DNA of 57,815 nt, the filler included, from Sphacelaria rigidula (lineage: Eukaryota): the NCBI GenBank assembly GCA_964200075.2. It is 8 parts of 8 records of this genome, joined end to end, with 100 filler letters (N's around TTAATTAATTAA, not from the genome) between each part and the next. Parts side by side here need not be neighbours in the genome. Positions count along the whole stretch, not along the records: positions 21,721 to 28,860 come from CAXNAA020016298.1; positions 28,961 to 36,099 come from CAXNAA020016299.1; 6 more parts are not named here. The stretch is one strand, 5' to 3'. The notes beneath the pieces are model-generated. The model did not search any database. It saw only the letters and a list, made by a program, of their open reading frames with translations, and was not told the origin of the DNA. Positions 23,099 to 35,147 of the stretch are shown here, one piece after another (position 1 is the stretch's first letter; each line of letters opens with the position of its first letter). A program made the translations under genes and the position numbers.

Positions 23099-25268
23099 CA
23101 TACAGCTTTACCCAAAATACATGCAGCGGCGCAGGCGACCTTCCACTCCTGCGTGTACCACCTGGGGCAAACACACGCTATAGCTGCAACACGGACAGCT
23201 TCACAATATATGGTGTGGCGATATAGCGCATTGCGAGGAGTGATATCCCGCGTGCACCTTGGCCGCAGATACAAGCGGCTGCGTTCATGATGTGGTGAAC
23301 TGCATAAGACAGCGCGAAATCAGTGCAGGACAGAGATAGGCTGAGGATGTGACGCCCTGCGGTGTGCTTTGTCACCCTACACCCTGCCGCTATGCAGTGA
23401 GCAAGTAGTACCGCCGAACGCGTCACGCTGCAGTTGGTACGCAGTATCGAACACAGCAGCATAGTTCATGTACCGTACATAGATCTGTGTTCTACTGTAA
23501 GACCGATGCGCGCACACACAGCAACTACTATCGCCATTATCCATCGATCAGGGAGGTACCTCCTCTCCTCAAATAGGGCACCCGGGGATCCCCCCCCCCC
23601 TTGATGCGAGGTCAATGGTCTTATGACTATGGCATGCATGATCATGAGTACACCCTTCCCTCTTACGGCCCCAGAATAAGGTCTGGGCGACCTGGGGGAT
23701 AGTGGTGACGTCATTTCCCGATATGGGCCCCCTCAGCCCAGCGTGCGGCTGCTTGACGCTTAACGGTATCTCCTGTCTGTCCGACAAAAAACAGTTTGCA
23801 ACTTATAGTATATGGCATATCGGGAAGCAAGTCCTGTACGTGGACTTGAAAACAGGTATGGTAGTGACTGGGACTAGCGCAGGACGACCCAGCGGGAAAT
23901 TGCCGGGAAACGGCTCGCGTCTCAGCGCCAGCTTGCTGCGGGCCCTTGCGAATGTAGGGGGACGGCGACAACACGAACACGATTTATGCTTCAATACAAC
24001 TTTACGCTTCCGTGCAACGACACATCACCATACCCCGGGTGCGTGCGGCAGGCCTTCATTTTGAATCCACGCTAACAAGGACCCAGTCGGGACCGCTCCG
24101 GTTTTACCGCCGCAATCCAAGACCGCAACGTCACAAACGCCGGAATAAATTGAAATTGGAAGCGCCTTGGTCACAGGGCAATCTATCCAAAGGATTTTCT
24201 CATATCCACGATTTTTCCGGTTGGAGGGCAGTGGCAAAAGCTTGTCGGTTCTTGTTTGTCCTTCGCTAGTGAATCAAACGTGCATGCGTGGCATGCAGGG
24301 CCAGCCCTCTTTGATCAGGGCTAGAGTATAAGCCGATCCCAGCTGAAGCCCCAATTGCTAGAGTATAAGCCGTAGCAATAACAAGCCGCACCCCAATGAA
24401 GGGATGTGACAAGCTGATCCTGTGTCTAACTCGTTTAACCAGGGCTGAGGGCTCTCTGCTCTCGGCACAATAATTGCAGCTGCTTGGGGAACTACACACC
24501 ACGCCTTTCAGATAATTACAATCGGTTGATAAGGTGAAGGGGGTATGATTATAGTACGAACATAGCTTCACAGACTTACGTCGGTCGACCGTGGACTTGA
24601 AGGCCGAGTAGAATAGAAGATATCGATGGGGTAGGCGATGTTCGAAGGGTATTTTTCTATATCCAAAAGATGTCTGTCGGTCAGCCCGTGAGCACAAGTG
24701 AGCAGGTGGGCAGGCGCGGCCTCGGCAAAACCTCTTTTGTAGCCCCGCTTACAACTGCCATATTACAAAATCAGCCTGACGCGCCATGCCGTGGCCAACC
24801 AAAGCTTCAGTAATCACGTGCGCCTGCGACTAATCATGTACAAACCATATATAGCTTCAACTGCTATATCAACCTACAGCAAACCCAATTTCTACTTTAC
24901 ACAAGCACACTTTCGACTAGGATCCTCTTCTCTTACTCCCCGGTCGTTTGTGAAAACAATCGTGATATCCCAGGGGGCAAGTTCAACTCTCGCACATGTT
25001 CATATACCATCCCATCAGAAAAACTTGCGTGTACTATAATTTTGTTCTAATTGGTACACCAGTATCGGTTTTGAAACGTTGGAGCTGAGGTGTCTTGCTT
25101 ACTATTTGCAACTCTTCGTTTCTCCAACAGTGACGACATCTACAGTACACCATTCCTCAATCGACAGGGTATCGGTAAGGACAGCTGGAGGAGCCGCGCC
25201 ACACAAATGATTTTTATTGCATTTGCTTGTTACAACCATGTTTCAGCTCGGTTCATGCAAAATCAGAG

Positions 25269-25448
25269 TCAGAAGCGCTCATCCGGGCACGAGAGAATGC
25301 GACTCCGTGCGGCGTGCGCAAAGCTAGGGAATGTTCTTTGCCGGAGACGGTCGAGCTCCGCTTTGAGCGCCTCGATCTCCCCCGTCTGCGCGCGAGCTAG
25401 GTCGACCAGTCGCCTCCTGGTGGTGATACGCTTCATTCGTCGAGCAGC
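25269..25448 (-). CDS. CFAP43: Cilia- and flagella-associated protein 43, terminal exon
   Basis: AARRMKRITTRRRLVDLARAQTGEIEALKAELDRLRQRTFPSF is the characteristic CFAP43/WDR96 C-terminus; acceptor AACAG|; 60 codons including the stop. Confidence 0.9.
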   Translation of the reverse strand, partial: AARRMKRITTRRRLVDLARAQTGEIEALKAELDRLRQRTFPSFAHAARSRILSCPDERF

Positions 25449-26354
25449 CTGTTGACCCATCGGAATCGAATCAGGGTTGTACTTACTCGTGTCGGAAATG
25501 TTGTGTCGTTCATACAAAGGTATTCGCTGGACCGTGATTCAACATGTACTACAATAATCGTTGAGTAATTCCAAGAGTGTATTTCATCATCAAGCGCGAG
25601 TAGCACGTGTTACAGAACATAGTTTTTTTGCGGCTTCTCAAGTTCTCTCGACTATAATGGCTGTGTGTCAAATATCGCAGTGTCATACGCATCATACGAC
25701 GTCGAGTGAATGAGGTGTCTCTACAAGTGCGGCCCCATTATTGCTGGTTTCCCTGTCACGCTCACTGTAGGCGAGCTCATCTTCGGGGCGTTTAAATGTA
25801 AGGAGCTAGCCGCAGTCAGTCAGCGCAGATGTCTTGAGTAAAGCTAAAAAAGGCACTTTGCGCGAATCAACGTCCATCTCGTGCATGTCATTGCAAACTG
25901 AAGCTGCAGCACTGTTTCTGTTGGCCGAGTAGATCATTTTTATTTGAACAGTGACTGTGAGGCCCAGATCGCTTACCTTGCTCAAAGGGTTAGAAAAACG
26001 CACGGTACGGTAGCAGGGATCTATTTTCCCTGTCAAAAATTTGACAAAACCATCGCTCATGACCGCGCGAGTAGGTTTTTCATAAAAAATTCCTTCCGGA
26101 AACTACCGTTAGCGCCGTAGTTGTCTACGCACTTGCGCTTCAAAAACACCCAAACCTCGGTGCTTTCTTTGTTGTCCCTGCGACCGCGAACTAGTCATTG
26201 TGAATCCATGTACGCCAATACGGACGTCCGTAACTTGATTCTATGTACGAATGCGGTTTCAGCAGATTCATTTTTTTCTGAGTTCAAGGTTAAGTGGGTT
26301 AACGGAGTTTCTCGTTTCCGGCTATCTTCGGGACGACTCCTCTAATCTTCTTGC

Positions 26355-26531
26355 CTGATGTGCCGGATTGATCTCTCCCCCAGAGGCTTCCATGTGACTC
26401 CGATAGATGGCCTCGCGGACCTTGACGCTGTTGACCAGTTGTACCAACTGACCGGACACCCGCTGGTTCTCATCCACGCGTTCCTGTAGTTGCTGCACGA
26501 GTTTTTCGTTCGCCTGGCGGGCCTTTTGAGT
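26355..26531 (-). CDS. CFAP43: CFAP43 penultimate exon (coiled coil)
   Basis: Pyrimidine-rich acceptor ..CTGACAG|, 177 nt stop-free (TQKARQANEKLVQQLQERVDENQ...EINPAHQ), donor CAG|GCAAG; phase 0 at both ends. Confidence 0.85.
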
Positions 26532-27066
26532 CTGTCAGGGGAAGGAGAGGGGGAGAGCGAGCCACAGAGAAGCAAACAATCACTTTGCACTTTTTCGTAC
26601 CCGGTCTTCGTGTTTGCGCACATGGTTTAGTCTTTTGGTGCTGCTCTCTGTGGCAACCTACAGATTGATCTTGCTCGGCTATCGTTATCTCGGAACGGTA
26701 GCACCTCCCCTTCTCTTCTCCCATGTTAAGCAAAAACACGGAGGGGAAGTGAGGTCATGAAAAACACAAATTTGAAAGTATTGCTTTCTCTCCGTTTGTC
26801 TCACGTGCATATGTAAGTACGTCAGCGTCGTCATGTACAATTCTCGCGGGACGTAGCGTGCAACCTTCGGCAGGACGTCGTGCACCGAGCCAAGTTGCCT
26901 AGTCATCAATGCAGTAGATCGACCAACAAACAAAAATTACCCCGAGATGGCGCTTCGCACTACCCGCGGTTTATCTTCGCTTGATTAATAACATTACATT
27001 AAATCAGTTGACGTCTTATTGAATCAGGATGGCTATTTATAGACATTGTTAAAGTGTTGCTGGTAC

Positions 27067-27225
27067 CTTGGATTCGTGCGCCCTCTCCATCATCTCAACA
27101 CTGGCTTCCGTTTTTTGCACGAGTTCTTTGTCTTTCTCGCCTCTGTCGCCTTTCAGCACTGCTTGCAACTTTTTCGTCACTCGAAGCAATTGAAGATCGG
27201 TATAGTACGCCTCTCGATCCTTCAC
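27067..27225 (-). CDS. CFAP43: CFAP43 third-from-last exon
   Basis: TTTCAG|GTG...AAG|GTACCA, 159 nt; VKDREAYYTDLQLLRVTKKLQ carries the CFAP43 'DLQLLRVTK' motif. Confidence 0.88.
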
Positions 27226-27689
27226 CTGAAACACCACCCCGGAGCACAGATGCGTTGAGTATGCAATTTTGTGTTTTTCGGGTTCTTGTTTAGTGCAGAT
27301 CTCTCGTTTCACATTGTTTTGCGCGTACTGAGTATTTTGCAGTACATAGTCGGTAGGTTGATTGGTTGTCGTACATTCAGTATTCCCCGAGGAATCCGGC
27401 CGTGGTCACAAAAAAAGTTATTCAAACAAAATCAAACGTGGCATTTTCGGAAGGCTCAAGGGCGGTGCTGGATCTCTATCGGGGAGAAGTAGAATTAATG
27501 AGGATTTGATAACTCCCTCCTACATCGGCAGGCCCCAGCCCCGAGATAGTAGCGCCTAGTTCATGATGTGATCTCCTTACGGGACCCATTCTCCACCCCC
27601 TCCCCCGTTACCTCACTCTTGAGCACCTCTTCGTCTATCGTATCGATACCAGCTTGTTTTTTTTTCTTTCCTCACACTTTGAACCCCTC

Positions 27690-27815
27690 CCGTTCCTCGG
27701 GGTGAGTCAGTGGTCTCAAGGGATCAACCCATCTCTCCCTCGGTACGTGCCTTCCATTTTAGTCTCGCGGATTGGGTCGGCACTCCCGCACCGCGTCAAC
27801 TCACGTCACACAAAT
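27690..27815 (+). repeat. Dispersed repeat (probable retroposon 3' region); reverse copy at about 30652-30770
   Basis: TTTTAGTCTCGCGGA..GCACTCCC..CACCGCGTCAACTC shared between two contigs. Confidence 0.65.
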
Positions 27816-30800
27816 CCAGTCGACTACTTTGTTTACTCACATTTCACGCTTTCACGGTGGAAATCATAGATTACGAAGAAAAAGCCCAACACATCGGGAA
27901 TCGAGCTCTCGTTCTCTCCACCCTAATGGCGACAGTCTGACCATTACACCACCGTGTCGCAGCGACAGTGTTACAGGAGTGAAAGCATCGAACGAGCTAA
28001 ACACAAGCTTACAACAACGTGAGTCTGGAGTTTGTTGTCTGACCGATAGGTTCAAAGTACCCACCGTGGCCATTTGATAGTAGAACAGCTAGAGGGATTT
28101 GTAGCCTCCTGACACTGGCACCTGACAAGGTTGTGCCTTGTCTGGGTCGATCAGGTAGTTCCATCGTTTCGCTGTTCTAGATAAGTGTAGTCTCAATTGC
28201 TGTTCATGCACCGACCTCCTGGTACAATTTTGCCTTGTTATATTCGTAATTCAGTCGCTCTATAAGCGCCTTGTTGTTTATCACCACTTTGGGCTTGTAG
28301 GCGCGTCTAGTGTAGCACCGTACTGTCTCGTCTATTAACAGTACCATATCACACGACGATAACAACAACGACGACAACAACGACAATCACAGCACCAATG
28401 AACTTCGCCAAAATGAAACATTATCTCCTCTCGTGGCAGCGACCGCAACGCCTAATCACCAGTAAACCAGACCGAGTCCTCATGACTGTGATATCAACAA
28501 TCTGACCCCAAGTTCTCTCATGACTGAACATGCATTTCTGCGGCTTGACGATGTCGGCGCTTTCAGTATTGTTCAGCACCGCCGATAGCACGATAAAAAA
28601 ACGTTCCACCTTTTTCCAGCAATGCCGGGGAATCAGCGACTAGTGTTGCTCGCTCGCCATCCCTGGCACTCTGCAGGAGCGCCAGTGACAGCCAATTAAT
28701 TCCATCCCCGCTTCCGCTCCTTCCATTTTAACGAAACCGCCGCGTCGCTTCGCGCCGCGAAGCTGCCCCCAGGTTTGGGCTTGATATTTAATCAAATATT
28801 GTGGTGAGCCAACCACTCGGAGGCTTTATGGTTTTGTGTTGAACCAGTTCTACGGGCCAANNNNNNNNNNNNNNNNNNNNNNNNNNNNNNNNNNNNNNNN
28901 NNNNTTAATTAATTAANNNNNNNNNNNNNNNNNNNNNNNNNNNNNNNNNNNNNNNNNNNNATAATTCCAGTTGTGAATATATGGCATTTTTCTTGTCTTC
29001 GTTTTTTTTTTTTCCGATTTCCGAGCGGTAACGTATATAATGGTATCCCGGGTTGAAAATCGACAACGGAAAATGAATTTTCATCATGTAATTATTTTCC
29101 GTGGGCACATATGGTAGTACCAGGGTAGTCCGCAAGTCCACGTGTCCACAACCGCGACGGGACCATCTCTCCCTCGGCATAGTTCCGAGAATATCTATGG
29201 ATCTCTCCGCCCCGTTCCAGGAATATTCATGTCTCCGGCGCCATAGTTCCGGGAGTGTTCCCCCACGAACACCAGTATGTCCTCTCGGGTCAATGTCCAT
29301 TCTGTCCCCGGAGTAACACTCATACTCCAACTCGAGGTGGTGTCGCTTCCGACACCCCCTCGCTGCTGGGAAAGCTTCTTTTATTACCCTTGCGCGAGGG
29401 TTTTGACCCTGGAAAAAGAGTGTCAGGCAGATGATGCCACCCTGGAATAGCTGGCTCTTTTGAAACTTGATCGTTTCCCCCGAGGAATTTCGAATCTCGC
29501 CGGCAAATAAACTGCGTCCACCGACAAGAAGATGTAAAGATGCCTCGGCACCTCTCGCAAAGGGTAGAGCAAGTCAGTCCCAGGCGGTGTAAAAATCCGC
29601 CCAGTCTCCTTGTTCTCCTGGAGAAAAGGATGCAGTAGGAGAGCCTAAAAAGCACTTCCTTGTCCGAAATGTTCATGTCTGAGGCACTGAGGAACAGTCT
29701 ACCGGGTAAAAGTTTATATATATATATATATACCGAAAATCTTTGTGAGTGAGTGGTTTGCAGGATGGATTTCCTGATGATCGGAGAAAGTTATGATATT
29801 ATGATGTTACGTACGCGGTCATTTGGTTACCCCCCAAATTCCTCCAGAGCGGTCAATTTCAGAGGGGTAGTTTTTGGTTTTGTCCAGAGGGATTAAACGC
29901 CTTCAAAGGGTTGTTTTGGCCTCTGGAGGTTCGCGCATACCTCCGGAGGCATTCTGGGGGGTAGCCATATGTCCGCGTGTGTACACTCGCCTTCTCTGCC
30001 TGAATTGTATGAGTTGGGTCGTGAAGCTTCCAAGTCTCATGCACGTTGCACACGAGCCATACGGTAGAATAGATATCCTTCCAATAGCCAATTTTGATTC
30101 CGGAGTGTCGTCAATAATCCCTGTTCAAGAAACCGATTTTGAGGCGGCACACTTCGTCTGCCTGGCCGAACCGTATTTTGAAGTAAATATCGTCGCCGAG
30201 GGGCTGAAATGGGCACTTGCAAAAGGGAAAACATATTTCCCACAAGGAATTAATGGTCGCACACACACACACGAAAATCTTCGCGGATTACTTTTATTGC
30301 TCCACGGTGGTACACTGGTCCGAGAGAGACTGGCGCTCTGAGTCTCGAGTTAGACGGGGAAAACGTTCAAATGGTCAAGTGCCGAAGTTGTTTGTATTTC
30401 AAGTGCTTGCTGTACGTACGTGCCAACAATTCTTCACAACGGTATGATTCGTGAAGGAGATATGGGTATCTACAAGAGGGGGTGCATTGCCCTCTACAGA
30501 CTTTTGTGAGGGCTATCCTCACCTGTCTATACTGCGGTTCCAAGCCCGTCGAATGCACTCATTCTTTTCTTGTCTGAGTAAGTACTTCGATGTATCTGAT
30601 TTGTGCCGTGGACGACGCGAGGGCGTCAGTAGCAAGGGGATTTTTGTTTGAAGAGAGTTGACGCGGTGGGGGAGTGCTGATTTAGTCCGCGAGACTAAAA
30701 TACAAGGCGTGCGCTGTACCGGAGGCAAGACGGGTTCATCCTTTGAGACCACGGACTCGTCCCAAGGAGGGGAAGAGGGGGGGGGGGGGCGTCGGAGGTA

Positions 30801-32851
30801 CACGCGTATGTGTGCTTCCTCTGTTCCATGATGAGGAAACTAGGTTACACGGGACAGATCGTATGTATTATCCCAACGATAGATTCAGGGGTGCAAACAT
30901 CGGGTTTGTTAGAAAAACGGAGAATAAGATAATATAATATGCTGACAAGGAAAAAAAATATTAAATAAAGGCATGTATTTTGTGCAGATGATGTTTGGGC
31001 CAAGATATTTCCAACTCTGGGCTGACACTAATCTGATTTTTGCGTGATTTAGAAAAACAATCTGAGAACACTCGGAAACACTACGTACGAATATTTGGTA
31101 GCTTTGTGCGCCAAAATAACCACCCAGCAATGGTTGTTTGTTACTGACTGCTTCTTTATAATCGTGTTTTGCCTCTGGAATTGGGGCTACAGATGGCCAC
31201 GTTGAGGACGACTATTATATTTCAGGCCGTCCGGCCACCTGGTGGGGTATGCACGCGTAAAAAAGTGTGTCAAACCTACAGATTCCAAAGATTTCAGGAT
31301 AATAGACAAATCACGTTTCCGCCACGACCAATGGCCCGTGTAAACGTAACCTAGTTTACTGATGGAGCAGAGGAAGTACTACTGGTGTTGTGCCTACTGA
31401 TGGGTGTCTGTGTTTACAAATCGCACCCCGGAAAGCAACCGGCCAATCTTTTCGACGAATTCGACATGTCCGTTCCTCTGAGGTCCACTCAGTTCCGCTA
31501 TCGTTCGTTCGGCCATTGCACTTTCGAGAGTTTACCCTCTCCTTCAAGAAAGACCTGCGAAAAATATCAAAATTCACCCTGTTATGACGCCATCCATCCA
31601 TGTGTCCAAAATTCCTCCCGCTCCAAAGGGCGGATGACGTCAGACGTCAACCAAGGAATACTGGCCAATCAGAGTTCAGCAAGGTCCTCTTCTTAACCCA
31701 TCAAAATACCGAGGGATCGATTTTATCTTTTCTACCTTTGACGTTCCGAGGACGCTTTTTACTTTCTCTCTCCTTGGTGGAGCGGCAGCACAAAAGGGCT
31801 GTTTGAAACGCAGCCGGTCATGACTAAAACCGAATTGCTCTCCCAGCCTTGACGTGACGGCAACTTGCTGGCGATGATTACCCATTTGACGTGTCAATTT
31901 TCCCGTGTGCCCCACTTCTTGCAGTCTTTGTTAGCTAAGGTTGCCGCGCGGCCACGGGGTACAACACCCCCTCCCCGATCCCGACCCGTGATGGGCTGTT
32001 CAGCGCCGATTAGCCCGAAAACTGTGGAACCATGCCGTAAAAATATATATGTTTTGTTTTGTTCTTGTGGTGTTCGCTAGTGCTGTTAATCAGACAGTTT
32101 GTCACAGTATCCTTCCGCTGAAGCCTATCATAGAATGGTAGGATACTCACCGCCGCATTCTCGCCTTTATACTCACCGTCGCATTCTCGCCAATGTCGGA
32201 ATTGACGACGATACTATTTGTACAGTCGTCCCCATGGACTATTGTTGTCCGCACACCATTATTTTCCATGATGGTAGCTCCATCGGTCCCCCCCTCTTCA
32301 ACATTTAATATACATCCGCTTTCGGCCAGTCAGAAAACTTCTTGCCATTTTTTTTCTCTTCCTCTGTGTTTCCCCCAACTATCTAGAGCTCTATCCTTCT
32401 TACTCTACTTCTACGAGTTCCTGAGCATCATCACTTCCTCGGACTATGTGCGTTGTCGGCCATCTCTGATAGCGCGTTATTCACACGTACGTGTCCTTGT
32501 CGACCTGATACGCTTGGCAGGAATCGACGGAGGCCATATTTGATTTATACGGAGATATGCTCTTGTATGTCGACCGTCAGGACCCCGACGCGCAGGAGGG
32601 TTCACAGGTGAGATACACGATATTATCCGTGATGTAATTGAACGACGCCGATGAGTGAAAAATGAAAATGGCGGTCGCTTCTGTTTTTGTTTTGCGGCAA
32701 GAAGAAGCGTGATGCCTCCCGCACATCTGGATAGGGTAGAGTCACTGAAAAATGACCGCTGGATGCACAGTTGCAAGTATACAAAAGATTATTCGTGTGT
32801 GCGCGGATGTATGTAGCTACGCGCATAGTCAAGAGTCAGAGGTTTTATTTC

Positions 32852-32856
32852 GTTGC

Positions 32857-32928
<72 letters not shown>

Positions 32929-32988
32929 TGTTGTTGTCGTCGTTGTTGTCGTTGTCGTTGTTAACGTTAACGTTGTTGTTGACGTTGT
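32852..32988 (+). repeat. Compound (GTT)n(GCT)n(GTC/GTT)n microsatellite
   Basis: Direct reading. Confidence 0.95.
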
Positions 32989-33341
32989 TCTGTAATGATT
33001 CGAACTGTAACCGCCTTCCCCCTTTCCATCGCGAGGGTTTATCCATATGCTTGAATTGGCATCACGGCATTCGTTCCGGTGACAAAAAGCCTATAGCTCT
33101 CTATGCCGAATGGTTTGGTTTTAGGCTGCATGAAGCACTTCATGTAGGCGACATCGGCGAAAACGATTTCAAGCGTGGGAATTCCCAGCTGTTCGTTTCG
33201 ATTTACTTGCAGATTCTGTCTCTCCAAACCAGCCACTTTTTTGGAGGGGGAAGGAGGGGTTGCTATCGTAGAAAGGGCCTGAAGGGATGTGATTGTGGTC
33301 GTTGAAAACATGAAAACGCGAGCTGCAAAAAGACATTATTT

Positions 33342-33576
33342 CACGGTTCGGACGAATCATCGCCGCTTCGAATCACAAAATCCACATTTTCTCAGGCCTG
33401 ATTGCTCGAAAGAGCAAAAAAAATCGACCGCTAGTCGAACAGGTCTTCACATGACTTTTGCGCCATTGATTGGTTGCAAGCTGGAAACAAATCCCAAGGA
33501 TTGATTCGCACGGTACAAATCAATGACACTAAAGTCAAGTGATTTCCAGACGAATCATTCATTCGTGCGACCCGTG
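33342..33576 (-). mobile_element. hAT-like MITE, 235 bp, 8-bp TSD CATTATTT
   Basis: TIRs CACGGTTCGGACGAAT / ATTCGTGCGACCCGTG; CATTATTT at 33334-33341 and 33577-33584. Confidence 0.88.
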
Positions 33577-34877
33577 CATTATTTGATAAGAGTCGGTCGA
33601 CACGGTGCGATGGTGGTGATGATCCAAGACGGGACATACCACATTATGAGGCGCGTACTGTGCTGGGGGGAGAGATGGGTCGATTCTGTGAGAGTACGGA
33701 GGTCGTTCGAAGGAAAGAAGAGAAGGAGGAGTTGAAAGTGTGCAAATGAAACAATGATGATGTGTACAATAGATGAACACTCGAGGCAACAAGACACGCC
33801 TGCACGGAGTTTGCTTCGATGAGACGAAACTGACCACAGCAACCATGGTCATCTATGATTCATGCGGAAAGGCTCATTGTGATACATTTCACTTTACTGT
33901 CGTACAACAGAGCTGCTGTATACCACGTCACACGAACAACGCCCTCTCTACGAGTATACGACCTGGGCCAGCCATGAAACGGATTTAAGCTCTTGAAGCA
34001 ATATCTCATCGACATAGACGAGTTGGGCCATGATCCGCATATCGTACTAATCGTCTAATCAAGGGAAAGGTGCCCATCTGCTCAAACATGTGGGCCAATT
34101 TTCTCTCGTTGATTAAATCCCATGTCTAGTAATTCCTATAACTAACGGAGATAGCGTCCACCCTAAAATCTATATGAAACCCCGAACGATGCATTCATCA
34201 GATGATGCCGATATTTGATGTGGACCTTCCCTGGAGTACGGGGAGACGATAGATACCCTCACCTTCACCCAATTCGCAATTTATCTCGAGATAATATGGC
34301 GCACATGATGTTCCATACTACAATCAGTATATTACGAGCAGAGGCGCTAGATGACCTAAATCTGGACATCGCGTCTCAGTTTTTGAGAGTTGTGCTATGA
34401 AATTTGGTATGGAGAACCGCTAGTAGATTATGAAATTAAAAAAACAGCGTTGTACCTTTTTTTCAATTTTTTTCTTCATTTTTTTTTTCCCGGTGTTTAG
34501 GGGAGTTTTGAGGAGATGAACATTGCTCCTGGGCTTTTTCTCAATTTTATAGCTCAATTTTTAAAATTGTTATTTGAAACTTAGCATGGAGAACGCTCGA
34601 ATCTCTCCCCCCCCAAAAAAACAAATAAGTGGACCTTCATTTTTCTTGGGGGGGGAGAGGGTCAGGCATTCTCGTGAAAAAATGGTCAAAACTATCATAC
34701 CAAAACGTCCTAAACCAGTGAAAAAATAATAAACATAAAAGTGGCTCACTGAGTTGCGTTGATTATGCCCTACTGAGGACCCACACAAAATTTCAATACA
34801 CAAAAACCAAACCTGGGCCGGCGAGTGGCCTGCGAAATGCTGTTCCGAATTTCTACCGACCCGGTTTTTGAAAAGTA

Positions 34878-35147
34878 AATGCGCCGGCCAATATTTAGAG
34901 TTGGAGCGTTAAATTTGGTATGGAAAATGCATAGGGCATAAAGAAAAGATTAATGAAGCACCAGAAGGTTCTGTTTTTTTCTTCGTGAGTTGAGGGCAAT
35001 AATCAGTTTTCAGGTATCAGTAAAATGCCCTTAACTTGCGAAAAAATACAAAAACCCTTCTGGTGCTTCTTGATTTTTTTTCTTTATGCCCTATGCATTG
35101 TCCATACCAAATTTTACGCTCCGACTCTAAATACTGGCAAGCGCATT
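34878..35147. repeat. ~270-bp foldback element
   Basis: TATTTAGAGTTGGAGCGT..GCATAGGGCATAAAGAAAA..GAAGCACCAGAAGG mirrored by CCTTCTGGTGCTTC..TTTCTTTATGCCCTATGC..ACGCTCCGACTCTAAATA. Confidence 0.85.

Noticed and set aside
28204-28386. Upstream CFAP43 exon (..LIERLNYEY..)
   Set aside because: No compatible splice sites, ends in a stop, and the similarity is only superficial.
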